Positions 32,957 to 41,993 of a stretch of 53,336 nucleotides of DNA are shown piece by piece. The position numbers and the translations under genes are program-made. Origin of the DNA: an archaeon. Lineage in GTDB: Archaea > Nanobdellota > Nanobdellia > Pacearchaeales > GW2011-AR1. Numbering within the stretch: the stretch's first letter is position 1; every line of letters begins with the position of its first letter. Below the pieces are notes generated by a model. It ran no database searches. It saw nothing but the letters and a program-made list of their open reading frames with translations, and was not told the origin of the DNA. Location of the stretch: contig JBDRMT010000026.1 of the NCBI GenBank assembly GCA_043811855.1, positions 1 through 53,336 of the forward strand, given 5' to 3'.

Positions 32957-34456
32957 ATGAATTGGAAAATTTGGTTATTAATAATTTGTATTTTAGGATC
33001 AGTCTTAGCTATATTTCCTTTAGATTTTTCAAAAGGAGTTCAAGTAGTTTCAGTTGAAGATGGTTCACAAGCATTTGAACAAGGATTAAGACAAGGAGAT
33101 ATTATAATATCCATAGATGAACAAAAAATAACAAATTTTGAAGATTATAAAAATGCACTTTCAAATTTCCCAACAGATGAAAAAATAAGATTAACAATAA
33201 CAACTAAAACAAATTTGTTTATTCTTTTTGTTGATGAAGCTCCAAAAATATCTGTTAAAGATATAGAACCTCATAGAGTTAAGACAGGATTAGATTTATC
33301 AGGAGGAGCAAGAGCATTAATAACTGCAGAAGAAAAAGAACTTACAGATAGTGAGTTAAATGATCTTGTTGCAGTAACAAGTGAAAGATTAAATATCTAT
33401 GGATTAAAAGATGTTCAAATACGTCCTGTTAAAGATCTTTCAGGTAAAAATTTTATGTTAGTTGAAATAGCAGGTTCTACTCCTAATGAATTAGAAAAAC
33501 TTATTGCTCAACAAGGAAAATTTGAAGCAAAAATTGGAAATCAAACTGTTTTTGAAGGAGGAGATAAAGATATTACTTATGTCTCAAGAACAGGTGAACA
33601 ATCAGGTATTTATTCTTGTGATAAATCTCAAGAAGGAGAATCTTGTAGATTTAGATTTGCAATATCTTTAAGTGAAGAAGCTGCAAAAAAACATGCTGAT
33701 ATTACCTGTGAGTTAGAATTAAGTACTGAAAATCCTCAATATCTTGAACAAAAATTAGATCTTTATTTAGATGAAGAATTAGTAGACTCTTTATTTATTG
33801 GAAAAGATCTTAAATGCTCAGAAACAACTCAGATATCTATAAGTGGTGCAGGAACAGGTGTAACAAGAGAAGAAGCTTATGATAATGCTCTTGAAGATAT
33901 GAAACATCTTCAAACAGTTTTAATTTCTGGAAGCTTACCTTTTAAATTAAAAATAGAAAAATTAGATACTATTAGTCCTTTATTAGGAAAAGAGTTTATT
34001 AATACAATATTAATTGCAGGTATTATAGCAATTTTAGCAGTAGGAATTATTGTTTTTATAAGATATAGAAAAATAAAACTATCTTTAGCAGTAATTTTAA
34101 CAAGTTTAGCAGAGGTTTTGATTATACTTGGAATTTCTGCTTTATTTAGTAGAAATTTAGATCTTCCAGCAATAGCAGGTATTATTGCAGCAATTGGAAC
34201 AGGTGTTGACTCTCAAATTATAATTTTAGATGAATCTCAAATGACTGCTATGTCTTTAAAAGAAAGAATCAAAAGAGCTTTAGCAATCATATTAGGAACT
34301 TATGTAACAACATTATTTGCACTTCTTCCATTATTATGGGCAGGAGCAGGATTATTAAAAGGATTTGCAATAACAACAATAATTGGTATATCTATTGGTG
34401 TATTCATAACAAGACCAGCATTTTCAGAAATTGTTAAGAAGATTTTAAAAGATTAA
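32957..34456 (+). CDS. secD: protein-export membrane protein SecD
   Basis: It contains GLDLSGGARALI, a large extracytoplasmic domain and a C-terminal 5-6 TM block (GIIAAIGTGVDSQIII). It starts 1 nt after the secF stop. Confidence 0.85.
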   Translation: MNWKIWLLIICILGSVLAIFPLDFSKGVQVVSVEDGSQAFEQGLRQGDIIISIDEQKITNFEDYKNALSNFPTDEKIRLTITTKTNLFILFVDEAPKISVKDIEPHRVKTGLDLSGGARALITAEEKELTDSELNDLVAVTSERLNIYGLKDVQIRPVKDLSGKNFMLVEIAGSTPNELEKLIAQQGKFEAKIGNQTVFEGGDKDITYVSRTGEQSGIYSCDKSQEGESCRFRFAISLSEEAAKKHADITCELELSTENPQYLEQKLDLYLDEELVDSLFIGKDLKCSETTQISISGAGTGVTREEAYDNALEDMKHLQTVLISGSLPFKLKIEKLDTISPLLGKEFINTILIAGIIAILAVGIIVFIRYRKIKLSLAVILTSLAEVLIILGISALFSRNLDLPAIAGIIAAIGTGVDSQIIILDESQMTAMSLKERIKRALAIILGTYVTTLFALLPLLWAGAGLLKGFAITTIIGISIGVFITRPAFSEIVKKILKD

Positions 34457-35301
34457 ATCATACCTCTTTCTTCCATAAATCTTTTACAAAATTCAATATT
34501 TTTTTTAACACCTTCTTCTAAACTAACTTTAGGATTATATCCTAATTTTCTTATTTCAGAAATATCAACACTAACCTGTTGAGGTTGTGCAATTTCTTCA
34601 TCTTTAATAACTATCTTACTAGAACTTCCTGTTTCTTTAATAATAAACTCAGCTAAATCATAAACATTATGCTCTTGCTCTCCACTAATATTATATTCTT
34701 TATTCCATTCTGAATTTATCACTAATATCATAGCATCAATAAAATCATCAATAAAAGTAAAATCTAAAGTTTTTGTTTTTGGATTCCCATAAATTTCTAA
34801 ATCTCTTCCTAATAAAGCATTTGTAATAAAAATATACATTAATCTTCTTGTATCATCTTTAATAGACCCATAAACAGTTGAAGGTCTTATTATTAAATAA
34901 TCAATACCATAACATTCTTTATATGCTTTTGTTAATTCTTCACCATAAATCTTACTTGCAGTATAAGGGTTTTTTTCTTTGCTTAGAATTCTTGATGATG
35001 AAAAACAAATAAACTTTGGAATTTTATTTTTTCTGCAAAATTCTAAAACAGTTTGAAAATCCCTTACATTTTCCAAACCAAGCAGAGGATTTTCAATAAT
35101 TTGGTTTATTTTACAATTAGATGCACAATGAATAAACATATCAACATTAGCTCCTAGAGCTAAAGTAAAATTATTTAAAATTTTAACTTCTCTTCCTTCT
35201 CTCTTATCAATGCCCATTACAACTTTATGACCTTCTTGCTCAAGTCTTTTTTTTAAATAACTTCCAATTAATCCTCTATGTCCTGTTATTATTATATTCA
35301 T
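34453..35301 (-). CDS. NAD-dependent sugar epimerase/dehydratase (SDR family)
   Basis: Motifs MNIIITGHRGLIGSYL (Rossmann GxxGxxG) and the YxxxK pair YTASKIYGE. Confidence 0.8.
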   Translation of the reverse strand: MNIIITGHRGLIGSYLKKRLEQEGHKVVMGIDKREGREVKILNNFTLALGANVDMFIHCASNCKINQIIENPLLGLENVRDFQTVLEFCRKNKIPKFICFSSSRILSKEKNPYTASKIYGEELTKAYKECYGIDYLIIRPSTVYGSIKDDTRRLMYIFITNALLGRDLEIYGNPKTKTLDFTFIDDFIDAMILVINSEWNKEYNISGEQEHNVYDLAEFIIKETGSSSKIVIKDEEIAQPQQVSVDISEIRKLGYNPKVSLEEGVKKNIEFCKRFMEERGMI

Positions 35302-35322
35302 AAAAAAGCTTAATTACCAAAG

Positions 35323-35334
35323 TTTTTAAAGATT
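35323..35334 (-). promoter_or_regulatory. BRE/TATA-like promoter element (AATCTTTAAAAA on the minus strand) upstream of 34453-35301
   Basis: The motif sits 22-33 nt upstream of the ATG at 35301. The 16-nt string aaagtttttaaagatt and its spacing to the ATG are the same as upstream of gmd. Confidence 0.4.
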
Positions 35335-35336
35335 TA

Positions 35337-35795
35337 TTGACTGTTAGGATTATGTACATAAAATACCATATAATCATAGGAGCAATTGTATCAATAATTC
35401 TTTACTTATTATTTCCAATAACAATTATCCAAGCAGTAATAATCTTTCTAGCTTCTTTTTTAATTGACCTAGATCACTTCGGGCCTTATTATAAGGAAAC
35501 AAGAAATCTCAACCCAAAAAAAGCAACAAAATATTATATTGATTCAGAAAAAAAATGGATAAAAATGAATAAACATGAAAGAAAAACTTATCTTCATTTT
35601 TTAATAATCTTTCACGGATTTGAATTCTGGATAATCCTCCTAGTTCTTGCATTTTTCTTTCCAATATTCTACTTTATCTTATTAGGAATTGCAATTCATA
35701 TGGTTTTAGATTATATTGATATGATAAAACTTAAATATCCTTTTTATTGTAAGTTCAGTCAGGTTTATGTTTATCTTAAAAACAAGAAAAAGTAA
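35337..35795 (+). CDS. integral membrane protein (possibly DUF457/YdjM-like)
   Basis: It has four hydrophobic segments, with conserved-looking LIDLDHF and HMVLDY motifs. Confidence 0.5.
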   Translation: MTVRIMYIKYHIIIGAIVSIILYLLFPITIIQAVIIFLASFLIDLDHFGPYYKETRNLNPKKATKYYIDSEKKWIKMNKHERKTYLHFLIIFHGFEFWIILLVLAFFFPIFYFILLGIAIHMVLDYIDMIKLKYPFYCKFSQVYVYLKNKKK

Positions 35796-35804
35796 ATTTT
35801 TTAT

Positions 35805-36602
35805 TTAAGCTGCTTGAGCATGTTCTTTTAATCTTGCATGAATAGCATTAGTCAGTACATAAAGTTGTTCAGTTCTTCGTGAATCTAAATCAATTCTTGC
35901 ATCTTCAATTTTTCTTTGTGATGCTGGATGAGTATAATTAATTTTAAATCCAATAACTTTATATCCTTGAATAATAGCATCTGCAACAGGCACAAAAATA
36001 GATTCCCAATCATCTCCATATCTTCCATCATAAGTTAAAAAACAGTTTTCAAAAACTTTTCTAGTACCAATTCTAGGTCCACTCCAAAGATCAAGATTTT
36101 CTTCATAACCTAAATATTCATTTAACAATCTACTTACAGCTAGATTACCTGCGTTTTCTGCATATTGTTGTACTTTTGGATAAGAATTTAAAGGTCTCCT
36201 ATCTGGAATAACAAGATCAGCTCTTTCTTCAGCTATTGGTATAATTGTTTTCCATAATTCAGGAATAAAATTTGATTTTTCAGGTTCTGTCCATACAATA
36301 ACTTCATTACTAAAATCAAGACCCTCTCGAAATGCTTCTCTTCTTCCAACTCCCATTCCTGTCTTTTCTTGATCATAAATAGCTACTCCAAGAGCAGCAA
36401 ATTTATTTAATAATTTATAATGAGAACCTCCATCAACAACAACAATTCCATATCCTCTATCAGAAGCTCTTCTTATCATATTTAATGCTAACTCACTTCT
36501 AATTTTATCGTTAGCATTTCCTTCAGGATTAGGATACCAAGTAGTTGTAGCAATAGTAGTCTCTTCTGCAATTGCTCTTTCTAAATCACTAAATAATATC
36601 AT
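35805..36602 (-). CDS. hypothetical protein, possibly GT-A-like glycosyltransferase (compositionally atypical)
   Basis: IVVVDGGSHYKLL and VWTEPEK loosely resemble GT-A nucleotide-binding and acidic motifs. Composition is Lys-poor. The functional call is weak. Confidence 0.35.
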   Translation of the reverse strand: MILFSDLERAIAEETTIATTTWYPNPEGNANDKIRSELALNMIRRASDRGYGIVVVDGGSHYKLLNKFAALGVAIYDQEKTGMGVGRREAFREGLDFSNEVIVWTEPEKSNFIPELWKTIIPIAEERADLVIPDRRPLNSYPKVQQYAENAGNLAVSRLLNEYLGYEENLDLWSGPRIGTRKVFENCFLTYDGRYGDDWESIFVPVADAIIQGYKVIGFKINYTHPASQRKIEDARIDLDSRRTEQLYVLTNAIHARLKEHAQAA

Positions 36603-36651
36603 AATAAAAATCCATTTTTAATATTTTTAAATATTTAGATAGTATAATTGT

Positions 36652-38874
36652 CTAGAAATTCATTACTTTGTTTTTAGATTTAATATACTCAAGTGCTTTT
36701 CTTCTTTCATTTTTTAGTTGTTCATCTGTCATAACATCATGTTCAAATGTAAAATCTCTGTCTATTTCTCCTTCTTTTAAACCTAAAGTCATATTGTAAA
36801 TAGAAAAATCCTCTGTTTTTAATTTAATTCCATACTTTTTAGGGTTAGTATAAATATCTGATCCTGGATAAGGAACAAAAGTAGATACATTAACAGCATG
36901 AGGATGAGTTTTTTCAACAAACTGAATAAGTCTATCTGCAAAACCTGGTTTTTCTCCAGGAAGTCCAATAATAAAAAATAAACGAACCTTTATCCCTGCA
37001 TCATGAGTCATTTTAATAATATTTTCTGCTTGTTCTAAACCTATATTTTTACCAACTTTATCTAAAACCTCTTGTGTTGGAGATTCTATACCATAAGCAT
37101 TTTCCTCACAACCAGCTTTTTTTAAATGATAAAGAATTTCAGGGTCTACATAATCAACCCTAGTTTCTATTCTAAATCTAATTCCAAGAGGAGCAATTTT
37201 TTCACAAATTTCTATTAATCTCTTTTTATTTACTGTAAATGTGTCATCCATTATCCTGAAATTTTTAATATCATGATATTTAATAATCTCTTTTATTTCT
37301 TCAACTACATTATCAGGACTTCTAAACCTAACTCTTTGATGCCACATTATATCACTTGCACAAAACGAACAATTATTTGGACATCCTCTTGAGGTGATAA
37401 TTGCTGCTGTTGGACCTGCACCAACAAAAAGAGCATTTTCTGAAAAACAATTCTCAAAAGGAAGAAGATGTCTTGCAGGAAAAGGCACAGAATCTAAATT
37501 TTCAATAGGCTCTCTTTGATAAAATCTTTTATTATTGTTCTTATCTTCATAATCTTTTAATAAATCAAGAAAAGCAAGTTCACCTTCTCCAATAACAACT
37601 TTATCAAAAATATTACTTATTTTGTTTGAATTTGCAGTAGCATGTATTCCTCCAATTACTATCCATGAATCAGGATTTTTCTTTTTTATAATTTCTGCAA
37701 TTTTCTCAGATAAATAATAATCAGGAGTAGCAGCATTAATACCATAAACATCTGAATCTCCAATAAGTTTTTCAATCTCATCAAATTTTTTATTTCTTAA
37801 GTCTGTTATCTTTACTAAATATCCATTTTTTTCTGCAACTGCAGCTAAATAAAGAATTCCAATAGGAAGATTTCTCATGTCATCTCCAAGATAAGGATTT
37901 GAAGGAATTATTAGTTCTACTTTTGGTTTTAAAGGCTTTTTATTAAGTTCCTCTAAATACCATTTAATTGTTTTTCTTAAACCTTCTTTAAAACTTATTT
38001 TAGCTTTAAATCCAAATTCTTGCTCTGCTTTTGAAGTATCTAAACATCTTCTAGGTTGACCATCTGGTTTAGTTGTATCCCAAACAATTTCTCCTTGAAA
38101 ATTTGTTAGTTCTGCAATAATATTAACTAGCTCTTTTATTGTTGTTTCTTGCCCTGAACCAATATTAATAGGTTCGCTTTTATTATATCTCTCTATAGCT
38201 AAAATAATTGCATTAACAGCATCTTCCACATAAAGAAATTCTCTTGAAGCACTTCCAGTACCCCAAATTTCAACTTTATCTTTATTTTCTACAAATTTTT
38301 TAATTAAAGCAGGAATAACATGTGAATTTTCAGGATGAAAATCATCTCTAGGACCATAAAGATTAACCATTAACAAATGAATTGCATTAAATCCATATTG
38401 TTGCCTATAACCTTGGCTTTGAACCATCATCATTTTTTTAGTTAATCCATAAGCAGCATTTGTTTCTTCAGGATAACCTTCCCATAAATTTTCTTCTTTA
38501 AATGGAACAGGAGTAAATTTAGGATATTCGCAAACAGTTCCCATTCCATAAAATTTTTCAACATTATTTAACCTTGCATATTTTTGAATAAAAGTATTCA
38601 TTAAAATATTATTATCATAAACACTTCCAGGATTTTTTTTCATATAACCAATACCCCCACCATCAACAGCTAAATGAATAACTATCTGAGGTTTTGAATC
38701 TTCAAACAATCTCTTTACATCTCCTTCTTTTGTTAAATCATATTCATTTCTTGAAAATGTAAAAACATCTGCTCCTAATCCCTTCAACTTTTCAACTAAA
38801 AAACCTCCTACAAAACCCATGCCTCCTGTAACTAATACTCTCTTCTCACTCCAAAATTCTTTATCCATTTTCAC
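36652..38874 (-). CDS. fusion protein: GDP-L-fucose synthase/ColC-like SDR plus cobalamin-binding (class B) radical SAM domain
   Basis: The N-terminal roughly 315 aa resemble Fcl (VLVTGGMGFVGGF, AAYGLTKKMM, HVIPALIKKF). The remainder is a B12-binding-type domain (IGILYLAAV...VIGGIHAT) followed by the radical SAM motif SRGCPNNCSFC. It is a single open frame of 740 codons. Confidence 0.8.
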   Translation of the reverse strand: MKMDKEFWSEKRVLVTGGMGFVGGFLVEKLKGLGADVFTFSRNEYDLTKEGDVKRLFEDSKPQIVIHLAVDGGGIGYMKKNPGSVYDNNILMNTFIQKYARLNNVEKFYGMGTVCEYPKFTPVPFKEENLWEGYPEETNAAYGLTKKMMMVQSQGYRQQYGFNAIHLLMVNLYGPRDDFHPENSHVIPALIKKFVENKDKVEIWGTGSASREFLYVEDAVNAIILAIERYNKSEPINIGSGQETTIKELVNIIAELTNFQGEIVWDTTKPDGQPRRCLDTSKAEQEFGFKAKISFKEGLRKTIKWYLEELNKKPLKPKVELIIPSNPYLGDDMRNLPIGILYLAAVAEKNGYLVKITDLRNKKFDEIEKLIGDSDVYGINAATPDYYLSEKIAEIIKKKNPDSWIVIGGIHATANSNKISNIFDKVVIGEGELAFLDLLKDYEDKNNNKRFYQREPIENLDSVPFPARHLLPFENCFSENALFVGAGPTAAIITSRGCPNNCSFCASDIMWHQRVRFRSPDNVVEEIKEIIKYHDIKNFRIMDDTFTVNKKRLIEICEKIAPLGIRFRIETRVDYVDPEILYHLKKAGCEENAYGIESPTQEVLDKVGKNIGLEQAENIIKMTHDAGIKVRLFFIIGLPGEKPGFADRLIQFVEKTHPHAVNVSTFVPYPGSDIYTNPKKYGIKLKTEDFSIYNMTLGLKEGEIDRDFTFEHDVMTDEQLKNERRKALEYIKSKNKVMNF

Positions 38875-38937
38875 TTAGTTTAAAATAATATTCCATTTAT
38901 AATGTTTTTTCTTTTATAGAATATACCTTAATACTAT

Positions 38938-38951
38938 AATCTTTATAAATA
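38938..38951 (+). promoter_or_regulatory. BRE/TATA-like promoter element (AATCTTTATAAATA)
   Basis: It is centred about 25 nt upstream of the ATG at 38971. Confidence 0.35.
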
Positions 38952-38970
38952 ATCTTTCATACTATTTTTT

Positions 38971-39684
38971 ATGAAAACTAAGATTCATCATCATTATGCA
39001 GCAACAATTGTAAAACCTAATACAGGTTGTGATTTTTTCCTTGTAAAGTATGATGCTACTTATCCAATTGAATTTTTAAGAGGAAGAGCTAATCTTCTTG
39101 GAGGAAATGCTAGTACTGAAGATATATCTCCTCAAGCAACCTTAGAAAGAAACATAAGAGCAAAATTCTCAACAAAAGAATCAGGAAATGCCCCCCTTTT
39201 AGATCTTGTTGCACATCTAGGAAGTGTTCCAATTTGTGATACTCCAATTAGAAAAACCTCTTCAGGAGAGGGTAAAAAAGAAAGAATAAGAGAGGCTATA
39301 CTAACAGGCTTAAGACCTTATGAAGATTATATGTTAACAGTTCCTTGTTTAAATGAAGAAGGTTACAAACCTCCAATGATATTTAGTTGTTTTTTAACAA
39401 CCTTAGACCCTATAGATTTTAATTTAATAAGAGAATATCATAGAGAACATGGCACTCTATTAAATATAGGAGAATCTTGGATCTATAGATTAAATGATTT
39501 GACTGAAGAAAATCCTCTTACTGCTTGGGCAACAGGAATTGCAATAGGAGATTTTATGAAGGTTTCAAAGCCAATCCCCAACCCAGATCATGTATTAATT
39601 GAACATTTAGGACCTCCTAGAGAATTATATAGAGCTTATACAAAAGAATTTGATTATGATTTTCCAGAAGGAGGATTTAGATAA
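38971..39684 (+). CDS. hypothetical protein (possible degenerate Nudix-like fold; compositionally atypical)
   Basis: GGNASTEDISPQATLERNIRAKF keeps the G-x5-E-x7 spacing of a Nudix box but lacks the REUxEE core. This is a weak call. Confidence 0.3.
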   Translation: MKTKIHHHYAATIVKPNTGCDFFLVKYDATYPIEFLRGRANLLGGNASTEDISPQATLERNIRAKFSTKESGNAPLLDLVAHLGSVPICDTPIRKTSSGEGKKERIREAILTGLRPYEDYMLTVPCLNEEGYKPPMIFSCFLTTLDPIDFNLIREYHREHGTLLNIGESWIYRLNDLTEENPLTAWATGIAIGDFMKVSKPIPNPDHVLIEHLGPPRELYRAYTKEFDYDFPEGGFR

Positions 39685-39695
39685 TCTTCTTAAAA

Positions 39696-40841
39696 TTATA
39701 TTCTTTCACTTAAAATTTCTTTTATTGATTTAATCATATAATCTATTTTATCATTATTCATATATTGATTATTTGGAAGATAAATTCCTTTGTTATCAAT
39801 TATATCTGCCATAGTAGTTTTATCTTGCTTATAAAATTTATTCTTAAAAACAGGTTGCTTTAGTAAATTACCTCCAACAACAGGTCTACATTCAACTCCT
39901 TTTAATGGAAGGTTTTCTAAAACAAAATCTCTTTCCTCTTTACTTTTAAGAATAACAGCAAAAGAAAAAGAAGATGTTTCATTTAAATTAACTTTTTGAG
40001 ATTCTAAATCTAAATCTTTAATTTTTTCTAAAAAATAATTATGATTTTCAATTCTTTTTCTTATAAAACTATCTAATTTATTTAACTGAACTATTCCTAT
40101 TGATGCGTTTAAATTAGTATTTCTAAAATTATATCCAAAAACATCAAAAGTAAAATTTTTATTCTTATCAGGATATTTACTATGTCTTGTTGTACCTCTT
40201 GTCCAACCATGAGATCTCATAGATTTTAATAATTCATAAAATTCAAAATCATCTGTAACAACCATTCCACCTTCAATTGTTGTAATATGATGTCCAAAAT
40301 AAAAACTAAAACTTGCCATTTTTCCAAAATTTCCTACTTTAATTCCATTAAATCTAGCACCAAGACTTTCACAACAATCTTCTATTAAAATCAATCTATT
40401 TTTATCACAAATTTCTTTTATTTCTTCAATCTTAGCACTCTGACCAAGAAGATGAACTAAAAAAACAGCTTTTGTTTTTTCACTAATCATTCTTTTTAAA
40501 GAATTCACATCAAGATTAAAACTTTCATCAACATCACAAAAAACAGGATTCATTCCATTCTGAAGTATCGGATATACTGTTGTTGGCCAAGTAACACTTG
40601 GAACAATAATCTCATCATCATTTAAAAATCCACATCTTTGTTTTAATAAACTTATCATCAATAAATTTGCACTACTACCACTATTTACCATAACTGCATA
40701 TTTAGAACCATTCCATTCTGCAAATCTTTTTTCAAAATCTTCAACAACTCTACCATGAGTATACTCTTTGCTGTTTAAACACTCATTAACAGCTCTGATT
40801 TCTTCTTCACCAATAGAATCTTCCATTAATTTTATTTTCAT
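39696..40841 (-). CDS. PLP/PMP-dependent sugar 3-dehydratase of the DegT/DnrJ/EryC1 family (ColD/E1-like)
   Basis: It has the family fold (NSGSSANLL, IEDCCESLGA). At the position of the usual Schiff-base Lys the sequence reads SFSFYFGHHITTIEGG. His replacing Lys is the hallmark of ColD and CDP-hexulose 3-dehydrase E1. Confidence 0.7.
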   Translation of the reverse strand: MKIKLMEDSIGEEEIRAVNECLNSKEYTHGRVVEDFEKRFAEWNGSKYAVMVNSGSSANLLMISLLKQRCGFLNDDEIIVPSVTWPTTVYPILQNGMNPVFCDVDESFNLDVNSLKRMISEKTKAVFLVHLLGQSAKIEEIKEICDKNRLILIEDCCESLGARFNGIKVGNFGKMASFSFYFGHHITTIEGGMVVTDDFEFYELLKSMRSHGWTRGTTRHSKYPDKNKNFTFDVFGYNFRNTNLNASIGIVQLNKLDSFIRKRIENHNYFLEKIKDLDLESQKVNLNETSSFSFAVILKSKEERDFVLENLPLKGVECRPVVGGNLLKQPVFKNKFYKQDKTTMADIIDNKGIYLPNNQYMNNDKIDYMIKSIKEILSERI

Positions 40842-40845
40842 GTTA

Positions 40846-41916
40846 TTAGTTTTTATTATTTCTACATTTCAAATAAAATTCATCTTCAGCTTCTTTTAGA
40901 TCTTGATAAACCATTAATCTAACTAGTTCATAAAACTTAATTTTAGGTTCCCACCCTAATTTTTCCCTTGCTTTTGTAGGATCTGCTAGTAAATTATCAA
41001 CTTCTGCAGGCCTAAAATATCTAGGATCTATTTCAACAATAACTTTTCCATTTTCATCTAAATATTTTTCATTAACTCCTTGTTCTCCATTTGACTTAAT
41101 ATTTAAACCCACAGATCTAGCTGCTTCTTCTAAAAACTCTCTAACAGAATGATTTTCACCTGTTCCAATAACATAATCATCTGGCTCTTGTTTTTGTAAC
41201 ATTAACCACATAGCTTCAACATAATCTTTAGCATGACCCCAATCTCTTTTAGCTTCTAAATTTCCTAAAAAAACCTTTTCTTGTAAACCTAACTTAATTT
41301 TAGCTAAGGCTCTTGTTATTTTTTTTGTAACAAAAGAACCTCCTCTTCTTTCAGATTCATGATTAAACAAAATTCCATTACAAGCAAATAAATTATAAGA
41401 TTCTCTATAATTTTTTGTTATATTATGTGCAAAAACCTTTGCACAAGCATAAGGACTTCTAGGATAAAAAGGAGTCTTTTCATTTTGAGGACTTTCCATT
41501 ACTTTTCCAAACATTTCAGAAGAACTTGCTTGATAATATTTTGCTTCAGGACAAAACTTTCTCATAGCATCAAGAACCCTCAATGTTCCTAATCCTGTAA
41601 CATCAGCAGTATTTTCAGGAATATCAAAACTAACTCTAACATGGCTTTGTGCACCAAGGTTATAAATCTCATCAAATTTATTTTTCCTTAGTATATCACT
41701 TATTGAACTTGAATCTGTTAGATCTCCAAAAGTCATTATTAATCTTACATCCTTATCATGAGGATCATTAAAAATATGATCTATTCTTCCAGTATTAAAT
41801 GAACTACTCCTTCTGATTATGCCATGAACTTCATAACCTTTTTCTAAGAGAAACTCTGCAAGATAACTTCCATCTTGTCCTGTTATTCCAGTTATAAGTG
41901 CTCTTTTTCTCTCCAT
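40846..41916 (-). CDS. gmd: GDP-mannose 4,6-dehydratase
   Basis: Motifs [60 protein letters not shown]. Confidence 0.95.
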   Translation of the reverse strand: MERKRALITGITGQDGSYLAEFLLEKGYEVHGIIRRSSSFNTGRIDHIFNDPHDKDVRLIMTFGDLTDSSSISDILRKNKFDEIYNLGAQSHVRVSFDIPENTADVTGLGTLRVLDAMRKFCPEAKYYQASSSEMFGKVMESPQNEKTPFYPRSPYACAKVFAHNITKNYRESYNLFACNGILFNHESERRGGSFVTKKITRALAKIKLGLQEKVFLGNLEAKRDWGHAKDYVEAMWLMLQKQEPDDYVIGTGENHSVREFLEEAARSVGLNIKSNGEQGVNEKYLDENGKVIVEIDPRYFRPAEVDNLLADPTKAREKLGWEPKIKFYELVRLMVYQDLKEAEDEFYLKCRNNKN

Positions 41917-41937
41917 AGAAAGTCTATCTATAAAAAG

Positions 41938-41949
41938 TTTTTAAAGATT
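41938..41949 (-). promoter_or_regulatory. BRE/TATA-like promoter element (AATCTTTAAAAA on the minus strand) upstream of gmd
   Basis: It lies 22-33 nt upstream of the ATG at 41916. It is part of a 21-nt string, tataaaaagtttttaaagatt, that is repeated exactly at 44050-44070. Confidence 0.45.
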
Positions 41950-41993
41950 GTTATATGTATTTATATATGATTAAATTGGAAATGCCTTATATT

